Assembly (NCBI GenBank): GCA_023245415.1
Contig: JAHFKJ010000006.1
Location: 1-59,375, forward strand
Origin: Candidatus Gottesmanbacteria bacterium
GTDB lineage: Bacteria > Patescibacteriota > Microgenomatia > UBA10105
Length of the DNA: 59,375 nt
Direction: 5' to 3'
Part shown: positions 48,231 through 56,327 of the stretch, in pieces
How the letters are laid out: the number at the start of each line of letters is the position of its first letter
How positions within the stretch are numbered: the first letter of the stretch is position 1
Notes under the pieces: model-generated
What the model saw: the letters and a program-made list of their open reading frames with translations, nothing else
What the model was told of the DNA's origin: nothing
The model's database searches: none
Made by a program: the position numbers and the translations under genes

Positions 48231-49337
48231 CTAATACATCGCGAGTTGGTGCGCAAGAAATGCTGATAATGAGCCGAGATGTTGTGCTCCATGCCTGATG
48301 GCGCTTAGAAAAGATTGTCGTCCGGAAACTGTTTTACCCCAAGATTTAAATTGTTTTTCTGTTAAATTAGGGTTATTAAATAAACCCAGCAGTTCAGCGG
48401 TCATTAAATTCAGCAGTGTTAGTTGGTTTTGCGGATTTAATCCTAATACAACCCCGGCAGCTGGATATTTACCTTTATTTTCCGGGTCAAGCGTTTGTAG
48501 GCGGTAAATGACATTATTTACTTCATGGGTCAGGTCATCTTGAGGCGTGGCTCCGGCGCCAATTTTTTTTATCAATGAATTTGATTTTAGTAAATCTTGG
48601 TAAGCATCTTGGCTTAGATTTACTTGTTTCCATAAAAAACTACCTATTACTTGAATTTCAAGTGTCGGTAGCTTTTGGGTTAATTTTTGAAAGTCTGGGG
48701 GAGAATAGGATAGCCATTCTTGAGTCAAGTTATCTATAGTTTGTGTCGGAATAAATTTAGGAGTTTCCGGACCCCAAACTTCATCTAAAGAAGCTGGCCG
48801 TTTGATGTCATATCCTAAACCTCGGCCTTGGTCTATATATTTTAGCTGCCAGCCGGTAAATCCAGCTTGGCCGGTTAGGGCGGAAAGGACAACAGCAAGT
48901 TTGGTTTGGGAATAATTTTGAAATTTGGATCTTTCCGTTAGCGTATTGGTAAAATCCGGACGATTTACATGCTGGATTAAAGCCTGGCTAGCTTTGAGAT
49001 AAAGGTCAGCAACATCATTTCTTTCTAAATTCACTAAATCAGCTGCTTGAGGATAACCAGTGTCTGAATTTGGGTCTAATGCTTGTAAAACCTGAAATAA
49101 GTTCACGGTATAAAATTTTAAACTACTTAGAGGAGTATCTGTGCCGATTTGGATTTTTAGACATGGAGCTATTTTTTGATAGCAGTCATAATTGACACGG
49201 GCATCTTTAGCCAAGAATTGCGCCAATTCTCCGGCTATCCCGGTTACTGATTCTTTGGGCATAAGCTCATCCGGTAAAATTGATGGTAAGTTTCGCCAAG
49301 CCTCTAAAGAAGATGTGATTTTTAGCTGTTCAACCAT
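48231..49337 (-). CDS. hypothetical protein with internal duplication
   Basis: LQALDPNSDTGYPQAA...NRPDFT versus LQTLDPENKGKYPAAG...NNPNLT. Confidence 0.6.
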   Translation of the reverse strand: MVEQLKITSSLEAWRNLPSILPDELMPKESVTGIAGELAQFLAKDARVNYDCYQKIAPCLKIQIGTDTPLSSLKFYTVNLFQVLQALDPNSDTGYPQAADLVNLERNDVADLYLKASQALIQHVNRPDFTNTLTERSKFQNYSQTKLAVVLSALTGQAGFTGWQLKYIDQGRGLGYDIKRPASLDEVWGPETPKFIPTQTIDNLTQEWLSYSPPDFQKLTQKLPTLEIQVIGSFLWKQVNLSQDAYQDLLKSNSLIKKIGAGATPQDDLTHEVNNVIYRLQTLDPENKGKYPAAGVVLGLNPQNQLTLLNLMTAELLGLFNNPNLTEKQFKSWGKTVSGRQSFLSAIRHGAQHLGSLSAFLAHQLAMY

Positions 49338-49479
49338 ACATTTTCCTGTTAAATCAAGCTAATTGTAGCAAATTCACCAATAAAGTCAAAATTGTAACCT
49401 TATTTTTTAGATAACGGTAATTTTTTAACTTTTACTTCCTGGTTATTTACTGAGAGAAAAGTGGTAAGATAAATTAAAT

Positions 49480-49717
49480 ATGTTTACTCTTCCCGATTTA
49501 TCTTATCCCTACAATGCGCTGGAGCCACACATCGATACACGCACGATACAGATCCATCATGACAAACACCATGGGGCATATGTCGCAAATCGCCAAAGTC
49601 ATCACTGATAATTTACAATTAGTCAAAATTCAGGAATTAGCAAAATTATTGATCGAAGAAGCAGTTAAGCGGCGAAAACAGGACGGTTACGGACTGTTGC
49701 TGATTCATAAAACATAA
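49480..49717 (+). pseudogene. chimeric remnant: sod 5' end fused to the PP2C-like gene 3' end
   Basis: 49480-49590 is similar to 46523-46633 and 49579-49717 is similar to 47672-47810; the two are joined at TATGTCGCAAAT. Confidence 0.9.
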
Positions 49718-49782
49718 ACTTAAGCATTTTTCTTGCAATTTATATGGGGTTTGCTTCATAATAAATCCAATAACTAAATTTT

Positions 49783-51267
49783 ATGTCAGCTGATATCTTT
49801 GAAGAACTTCATGATGAAAAAACTCCGCCCAACTACAGTTGGTTTAACGGTAAAGACTGGGTGTCATCAACTTCCGGAAAATTTACATCTGTGATATCAC
49901 CGATAGATCATTCAATTGTCGGTACTGTCCCAATCGTGACGCAGGATGAAATTGATGCGAGCATCAAACAAGCCCATCTGGCGCAAAAAGCCTGGCAGGA
50001 AAAAACACTCGTAGACCGGGGGAAAATATTGAAACTAGCTGCTGACTGGATGCGTGAACACGAATTGTATTTGACGTCACTGCTGGTACGTGAAATCGGC
50101 AAGCCCGTCGATGAAGCGAAAGATGAAATACTCCGTTCTGCCGATATGATCGATTATTTTGGCCACGAAGCACTGCACATGACAGGTGAACAGATTCCAT
50201 CCGATGCTTTTCCGGGATATGACAAGCATAAAATTTCCATCATTGAACGCGTCCCCTTAGGTGTAATACTGGCCATTGCCCCTTTTAACTATCCGGTAAA
50301 TTTAGCCGTTTCCAAGCTCGCTCCAGCCCTCGTTACCGGCAACAGCATCATTTTTAAACCTCCTACAAGCGGTGCAATTTCAGGATTACATTTGACTCAA
50401 ATTTTCCGCAAAGCCGGGGTTCCTGATGGAGTGCTGACGACGGTAACTGGTGGGGGAAGTGAAATTGGTGACTATTTAGTTTCGCATCCGGGTATTAATA
50501 TGATTACCTTTACTGGTTCATCTCAGGTAGGCCAGACGGCCGCAACTAAAGCTGGGATGATTCCACTGTTATTTGAATGCGGCGGCAATAATCCGGCAAT
50601 AGTGATCGCCGACTGCAATCCCGGGACCACGGCTCAAGAGATCGTAAAAGGCGCGTTTTCTTTTGCGGGTCAGCGCTGTACTGCGATTAAATATGTATTA
50701 GGTTTAAAGCCGGAACTGGATCGAATTCTACCCATGGTTGTCAAAATTACCCAAGAAACGATTCATATGGGAGATCCGAGGAGTCCGGAGACTAAAAGTG
50801 TCGGACCTCTCATTACTGAGTCAGCGGCTCAGGAAATTGAGGCCAGAATCCGCATGGCAGAAAAGATGGGAGCCAAGATTGAACTCGGGGGAGTCAGACA
50901 GGGCAATTATTTAGAACCGACCATATTGTCTGCTGTTACATCCGACATGGAGATTGTAAAAATTGAATCGTTTGGGCCGGTTGTATCTTTTATTGAGGTA
51001 AAAGATATGGAAGAGGCGATTGCCATCATTAACTCCTCAACCTATGGCTTACAAGCGGCTATTTATACCTGTGATGAAGGCACGGGTTTAAAAATTGCCG
51101 AAAAGCTTGATGTGGGGACCGTATGGATAAATAGCAAACCTCAACGGGGGCCGGATCATTTCCCCTTTTTAGGCATCAAAGGCTCAGGAGTTGGGATGCA
51201 GGGGATCAAATATTCGCTTGAAGCCATGACCAGGCTCAAACCGGTGATACTCAACAAACCTGAATAA
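49783..51267 (+). CDS. gapN: NADP-dependent non-phosphorylating glyceraldehyde-3-phosphate dehydrogenase (ALDH family)
   Basis: PFNYPVNL, FKPP, FTGS, ECGG, GQRCTA and RGPDHFPFLGIKGSG..QGIKYS. Confidence 0.85.
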   Translation: MSADIFEELHDEKTPPNYSWFNGKDWVSSTSGKFTSVISPIDHSIVGTVPIVTQDEIDASIKQAHLAQKAWQEKTLVDRGKILKLAADWMREHELYLTSLLVREIGKPVDEAKDEILRSADMIDYFGHEALHMTGEQIPSDAFPGYDKHKISIIERVPLGVILAIAPFNYPVNLAVSKLAPALVTGNSIIFKPPTSGAISGLHLTQIFRKAGVPDGVLTTVTGGGSEIGDYLVSHPGINMITFTGSSQVGQTAATKAGMIPLLFECGGNNPAIVIADCNPGTTAQEIVKGAFSFAGQRCTAIKYVLGLKPELDRILPMVVKITQETIHMGDPRSPETKSVGPLITESAAQEIEARIRMAEKMGAKIELGGVRQGNYLEPTILSAVTSDMEIVKIESFGPVVSFIEVKDMEEAIAIINSSTYGLQAAIYTCDEGTGLKIAEKLDVGTVWINSKPQRGPDHFPFLGIKGSGVGMQGIKYSLEAMTRLKPVILNKPE

Positions 51268-51282
51268 TGTTAACCTGTAAAA

Positions 51283-51492
51283 TTACGTCGGAATGTCTAT
51301 AGGAGGCTCAATTAGATTTAAATTAATGACTGAAACTTCCTGTCCAGGTGTAGCATTTGGAGGTGTTATATCGTATACCGAAGCTTGAACAACTTCTCCA
51401 CTCGGCAATTTTACGTCGTAATAGGTATCCTGTCTCATCGGTACTACCCTTATAACAATCGCACGGACTATTGTTATCACTTCTATTCCCAT
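51283..51492 (-). CDS. small hypothetical protein
   Basis: 69 aa; GAGG RBS within the upstream PRTase stop region. Confidence 0.5.
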   Translation of the reverse strand: MGIEVITIVRAIVIRVVPMRQDTYYDVKLPSGEVVQASVYDITPPNATPGQEVSVINLNLIEPPIDIPT

Positions 51493-51494
51493 TT

Positions 51495-52088
51495 CTATAC
51501 CTCTTTTGGCAAATAGTACCTGTAGACAAAGTCGATTTGCGCATCTTTAAATTTAAGCGATTTGAGAAATGTTCTAATCTGCAAAATCGATTTGCCTTCT
51601 TTTAATAATCTTGTTGAAATTTGTTTGATCATTTCCGTGTTTTCATAGGGAAATAAGATCCACTTGGTGGTCTTTTCGGCAAATAAGTCAGGTTTAAATA
51701 TCGATCGGGGTTTATAAAACACTGCCAGTGTCGTAATTGATGCCGGCTGACTGCGTTTCAAGTAGAGTAGTGCCCGGACAAATGTCTGTCCCGAATCTGC
51801 TACATCATCAGCCAGCAAGATATGTTTATTTTTGATCGATGTCTGCAATTTACCGGTAATTTTAAATTCTCCCTGTGTTTGGATATCAGTATAGCTCTGG
51901 ATGGCAATCGTCCAGATGGGAATGCGCAAATGGTCTGATAATATATGTCCGAGCGTCAAGCCTCCGCGTGAAATCGCAACTATTAAATTGATCTGATGTT
52001 TCTTAATTAAAATATCCTCAGCGAGTGCGCGGATCTGATTTAGATATTTATTCCAGGAAAGGGGTAAATAAGAAATCTCCATATCCAT
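51495..52088 (-). CDS. purine phosphoribosyltransferase family protein
   Basis: AISRGG, ILLADDVADSGQT (PRPP motif) and WILFPYE; real start at 52088 or 52082. Confidence 0.88.
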   Translation of the reverse strand: MDMEISYLPLSWNKYLNQIRALAEDILIKKHQINLIVAISRGGLTLGHILSDHLRIPIWTIAIQSYTDIQTQGEFKITGKLQTSIKNKHILLADDVADSGQTFVRALLYLKRSQPASITTLAVFYKPRSIFKPDLFAEKTTKWILFPYENTEMIKQISTRLLKEGKSILQIRTFLKSLKFKDAQIDFVYRYYLPKEV

Positions 52089-52146
52089 TTCTAACAGGCT
52101 ATGCTGGTAGTTGTCAACTGAATAATTATTAAGTAAAATATTGGGC

Positions 52147-52794
52147 ATGTCTTCGTTGTTTAATACCGAAATTGAAGCGCAAAAAAAACGGGGAGTGTTG
52201 ATTATTCTTACCGGTCCCACAGCAGCTGGCAAAGACACGATCATGAAAGCGCTTTTGCAGAAACGGGCGAATCTGATCCGGATGGTGACGACCAATTCCC
52301 GTCCGGTTCGAGAAGGTGAGGTGGAAGGCACGGATTATCATTTTGTCGATCGCGAAGAATTTGAAAAATTAATTTCCGAAGATGCGTTTGTGGAGTGGGT
52401 AGAGTATTTGGGTCATTACAAAGGCGGACAGAAAAAACATCTGGAAGAAGCTTTGGCATCGGGCAAAGATGTGATTTGGCGTATCGATGTGCGAGGCGTC
52501 AAAAACATCCGCACCAAAATTGAGGAAATGGTAGAGGATCCGGAATCTAGCGTGCAGTCTGCAGTGTTTATTTTCCTGGCCCCACCAAATTTAGAAACTC
52601 TCGAACGTAGAATGCGCTCAAGAGGCACTGAAAACGAGCAAGTTTGGGCGCAAGGACTTAATTTGGCCAAGTGGGAATTTGAACAGTTTGATGACTGTGA
52701 TTATTTAATCATTAATGAAGACGACAAACTGGAAGAAGCTATTAAAGCTGCTGAGTCAATTATTGAAGCGACGCATCGATTAATTCTGACATAA
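52147..52794 (+). CDS. gmk: guanylate kinase
   Basis: GPTAAGKDT, TTNSRPVREGEVEGTDYHF and FLAPP. Confidence 0.95.
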   Translation: MSSLFNTEIEAQKKRGVLIILTGPTAAGKDTIMKALLQKRANLIRMVTTNSRPVREGEVEGTDYHFVDREEFEKLISEDAFVEWVEYLGHYKGGQKKHLEEALASGKDVIWRIDVRGVKNIRTKIEEMVEDPESSVQSAVFIFLAPPNLETLERRMRSRGTENEQVWAQGLNLAKWEFEQFDDCDYLIINEDDKLEEAIKAAESIIEATHRLILT

Positions 52795-52879
52795 ACTGCA
52801 TAAAGTATATCGCACTTGAATTCTTGAAGATTGATATTATCGATATTCTCTGTCTTCAAGACATCTCATAAACATCAAT

Positions 52880-53458
52880 ATGATTCCTACTCGAGATCAT
52901 TGTTACGTCCTGTTTGATAAATTTAAGCTGCCTACCCAGAAAAAAATTCATGTCGAAGAAGTGGCGAAGCTTGCAAACTATTTTGTCAAAAAGTTCGCAG
53001 TTGACAGTTCCTGCCTGCCGGCAGGCAAGGCACGCGTCTCAGTTGACGCAAAGTTAGTTGAGGCGGCGGCACTGCTTCACGATATTGATAAAAATGTAAC
53101 TAAACGACCGGGGGAGCGGCATCCGGATACGGCAGTGCGAATTTTAAACGAACTGGGATTTACCGAAGTAGCGGAAGTGGTGAGGAGACATTCATTACAT
53201 GCCATTCTCGATCCGAGGTTGGCACCGCGGACATGGGAAGAGAAAATTGTGTATCTGGCAGATAAAATGACTAAGTATGAAATCATCGGCGTCGACCACC
53301 GCTTCAAACTCTGGTATCGGGAGAATTTACCTGCTGACGCTGTGAAACAATTAGACGCAAGTTTTCCCAAAGTAAAAGCACTGGAACAGGAAATATACCA
53401 AGTGGGAAAAATTAATTTTACTGATATTCAAAAAGAATTACAATATTCGAACACATGA
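52880..53458 (+). CDS. HD-domain protein with a short repeat-derived insertion
   Basis: HVEEVA, AALLHDIDK and KIVYLADK. Confidence 0.85.
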   Translation: MIPTRDHCYVLFDKFKLPTQKKIHVEEVAKLANYFVKKFAVDSSCLPAGKARVSVDAKLVEAAALLHDIDKNVTKRPGERHPDTAVRILNELGFTEVAEVVRRHSLHAILDPRLAPRTWEEKIVYLADKMTKYEIIGVDHRFKLWYRENLPADAVKQLDASFPKVKALEQEIYQVGKINFTDIQKELQYSNT

Positions 53459-54000
53459 CTAACCAGCTAGATGCTCAAACAATTGAATTTAAACCTCAAT
53501 TTAAACTTCTAGAACAGATTGGGAAGAAATTTTTAAGTTATACGAGCGTCTTTTTTCTTCCTCTTTTCGCTTTAACCTTTATATTTTCCGGTCAATGGAT
53601 TTTTGGTTTTATATGTATCGGCCTGGTAATTCTGATAATTCAAGACTTGAGGAGTTATGTACACGATAAAATTGTAATTACTAATAAAAATTTAGAATAC
53701 ACATTTAAACCAGGAATATTTATAAGAATAATTTCTGGAAAGCTTGATTTAAGACAAGTAAGTAAAATGAAACTAAAATATTTTAAAGGTAGATACAATT
53801 TATTAGAAAGTTATGCTATAGAGTTCACAATTCCTATCAATAAAGATGAACCGCCTCTATACATCGAAAAAAAGGATTATTTAATGCTAAAAAAATGGGA
53901 CAATGAAACTGTGACTAAATTAATTAATTTTATTCGGAAACACTTTCCTCATATTATCTGGTTATCTGGGGACAATATGTTTCATCATTTCCTTTTTTAG
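53455..54000 (+). CDS. hypothetical membrane protein
   Basis: Two N-terminal TMs followed by a soluble domain; AT-rich. Confidence 0.55.
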   Translation: MTNQLDAQTIEFKPQFKLLEQIGKKFLSYTSVFFLPLFALTFIFSGQWIFGFICIGLVILIIQDLRSYVHDKIVITNKNLEYTFKPGIFIRIISGKLDLRQVSKMKLKYFKGRYNLLESYAIEFTIPINKDEPPLYIEKKDYLMLKKWDNETVTKLINFIRKHFPHIIWLSGDNMFHHFLF

Positions 54001-54043
54001 GGGCTGTGAGGATGATTCTTCCTTTTCATACAGATTTAATTTG

Positions 54044-54061
54044 ACAATATGTACATATTGT
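54044..54061. promoter_or_regulatory. operator palindrome of TA pair 7
   Basis: Perfect 18-bp ACAATATGT-ACATATTGT overlapping TTGACA at 54041. Confidence 0.75.
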
Positions 54062-54076
54062 ACTAATATAAAATAT

Positions 54077-54367
54077 ATGACTATTACTGTTTCAATCAGC
54101 GATTTCAGACAGAATATATCCGATTACCTGGCCAAGGCGCGCGCAGGTGATACGATTGTGTTAAAGGATGAGAAAAAAAATGAGGAAGTAGCAGAGCTGA
54201 TAGGAAAGAAAAAATGGGATGCGGTTGCTTTTAGAAAAGCACTACATGAAGCTGCAGGAGTATTTACTGCTAAGAACCATCCCGAATGGCGAACAAAGCG
54301 AGATGTGATTCGTTGGGTAGAAAAAAGTCGTAAAGCTGCTGACCGCACGTTCAATGTTTCTCGTTGA
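54077..54367 (+). CDS. Phd/YefM-like antitoxin, TA pair 7
   Basis: VSISDFRQNISDYL...; overlaps the toxin start. Confidence 0.82.
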   Translation: MTITVSISDFRQNISDYLAKARAGDTIVLKDEKKNEEVAELIGKKKWDAVAFRKALHEAAGVFTAKNHPEWRTKRDVIRWVEKSRKAADRTFNVSR

Positions 54368-54731
54368 TACTAATATTTTGATTTGGATATTGCGTGGAAA
54401 AGACGAGTATGTCAACTGGTTTGACCTGTCAAGCCAAAAGCATAAACACTCGATTTCCTCAATCACCGTGGGAGAAATTTATCAATATGCTTTCCCTGTT
54501 GAATTTGAACGCACAGAAACTCTGTTGAACAAGTTTGACATCTGGGATGTCACAAAAGCGATAGCTAAACAAAGTGGGATCTATTGGAAACTATATATAA
54601 AAACATTGCACAGCTTAAGTTTGATTGACTGTATTTTAGCTGCAACTGCTCATAAGTATGATTTGACTGTGTTGACTTTAAACACTAAGCATTTTCCCAT
54701 GCCGGATATTAAAGTCAAAAACCCGGTTTAA
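54354..54731 (+). CDS. PIN-domain (VapC) toxin, TA pair 7
   Basis: LVDTNILI, ITVGEI, DCILAATA and TLNTKHFP. Confidence 0.92.
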   Translation: MFLVDTNILIWILRGKDEYVNWFDLSSQKHKHSISSITVGEIYQYAFPVEFERTETLLNKFDIWDVTKAIAKQSGIYWKLYIKTLHSLSLIDCILAATAHKYDLTVLTLNTKHFPMPDIKVKNPV

Positions 54732-54764
54732 GATCATAAATTATGGTATAATACAAGTCTTACG

Positions 54765-55310
54765 ATGAGGCAATTCTTTTTGGCAGTAGTAATAGGTTTT
54801 TTCTGTTTGGGCATGTTTACTTGGGTCTTTGCTCAGGAGACTGTGCCGCTTACAGCTTCACCAAGCCTTACTGCTGTCGAATATGTTCTTCCGTATCCGG
54901 GAATTCTGCCAGACCACCCCCTCTATTTTCTCAAACTTCTGCGCGATAAAATTTTAAGCTTTTTCATCACTAAACCAGTACGCAAAGTCGAATTTTATAT
55001 TCTCAATTCTGATAAGCGCCTAAGTATGGCGATACTTCTTTTGGATAAAAACAAAACTGAAATGGCTACCAAAACCGCACAGGAGTCTGCAGAGTTTTTA
55101 GCCAAGGCCGAAGTCAAACTTTTTGATATTCCTGAAGGCGGCGACTTATCACTCAATTCTGTTAAAGATCGATTTGACAAATCGCTAGCCAAACACATCG
55201 AAAAACTTCAGGAAACTAAAGCTCGTACGAGCGGGGTAGAATCAGAAAAATTTACTAAAGTCATCGAAGAGCTAAAGCGGCTCCAACAGGATTTCAACCG
55301 CAGAAAGTAA
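54765..55310 (+). CDS. exported helical protein (DUF5667-like)
   Basis: Signal peptide; YVLPYPGILPDHPLYFLK..RD and DKRL. Confidence 0.7.
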   Translation: MRQFFLAVVIGFFCLGMFTWVFAQETVPLTASPSLTAVEYVLPYPGILPDHPLYFLKLLRDKILSFFITKPVRKVEFYILNSDKRLSMAILLLDKNKTEMATKTAQESAEFLAKAEVKLFDIPEGGDLSLNSVKDRFDKSLAKHIEKLQETKARTSGVESEKFTKVIEELKRLQQDFNRRK

Positions 55311-55634
55311 TCACTATTTTTTAAAACAAAAGAATATATAGTTCGAACTATATATTATAGGTTTCGATTTCTTAATACTTCCTTGTCCATTTGTCTAAAA
55401 ACTAAAATCGTTAATCTACGGAAACCAGATTAGGTACATTCTTTATTATGGTAGACGGTTTTAAGTTTTTTTATATGGATTTCTTATCGCATTTAGAAAA
55501 CAGATTGTGTTCATAAGAATTCTTATGTGCCAAAGGGTTTAAAATCATAATTATATATAAAACCGATAGAAAATTGATAAGCACAGGATCGTGCGTGACA
55601 GAATAAGTGATATATTATGATATAAAGTGTAGTC

Positions 55635-55687
55635 TTGACCACCTTCATTTAGTGTCTTACTATCATGTTTGGCCCTACGTATAGTGT
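55635..55687 (+). promoter_or_regulatory. nrdR-nrdJ promoter with tandem NrdR boxes
   Basis: TTGACC(55635)-17-TACTAT. CACCTTCATTTAGTGT (55640) and GCCCTACGTATAGTGT (55672) are 32 nt apart and match acaCwAtATaTwGtg. Confidence 0.7.
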
Positions 55688-55787
55688 GTAATATTTCACG
55701 AGTAATAAGTTGACAGCTTTCAACTTACAGCTAACAGAAGAATAATCAGTTAACTGTAATTTGTTAATTATTAACTGTAAATTAAGA

Positions 55788-56234
55788 ATGAAGTGTCCAT
55801 ACTGCACATCGATTACGACCGAAGTAGTAGAGACAAGAGATAGTGAAGATTTGTCAGTAACCAGAAGAAGAAGAGAATGTTCTAAGTGTGGAAAACGATT
55901 TACGACATACGAACGGATTGAATCTGTGCCACTTACCGTAATTAAAAAAGACGGATCCCGGGAAAATTTTGAACGGGAGAAATTAGGAGGAGGAATTCGC
56001 AAAGCTGCAGAAAAAACACAGGTGACGCATACGGACATAGAAACTATCGTAAATGAAATAGAGCGGGAACTGAGAAGCGCTGATTCAGTAGAAATTGAAA
56101 GTAAACTTATCGGGGATCTGGTAGCCAAACGGCTCAAACAAAAAGATAAAGTGGCATATATCCGGTTTGCCAGCGTTTTTAAGCGGTTTGTTGATCTGGA
56201 AGAGTTTGAAAAGGAATTACATAAATTACTATAA
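55788..56234 (+). CDS. nrdR: transcriptional repressor NrdR
   Basis: MKCPYC, RRRRECSKCGKRFTTYE, ATP-cone and AYIRFASV. Confidence 0.98.
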   Translation: MKCPYCTSITTEVVETRDSEDLSVTRRRRECSKCGKRFTTYERIESVPLTVIKKDGSRENFEREKLGGGIRKAAEKTQVTHTDIETIVNEIERELRSADSVEIESKLIGDLVAKRLKQKDKVAYIRFASVFKRFVDLEEFEKELHKLL

Positions 56235-56235
56235 A

Positions 56236-56323
56236 AAGCAATAAGCGACAAGCTATAAGTGACAAGAAGAAATCATAAAAATTTACCTGTCACTTCTCAC
56301 ATGTCACTTATCACTTATCACTA
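56236..56323. repeat. inverted 7-nt periodic arrays in the nrdR-nrdJ spacer
   Basis: AAGCAAT AAGCGAC AAGCTAT AAGTGAC facing GTCACTT CTCACAT GTCACTT ATCACTT ATCACTA. Confidence 0.75.
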
Positions 56324-56327
56324 ACGT

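Noticed and set aside
47839-48298. Two 70-aa ORFs after the PP2C-like gene
   Set aside because: No RBS or recognisable motif; probably fragments of a surface-protein gene or noise.
52089-52331. N-terminal extension of the PRTase overlapping gmk
   Set aside because: It is antisense to gmk; PRTase similarity starts at the ATG at 52088/52082.
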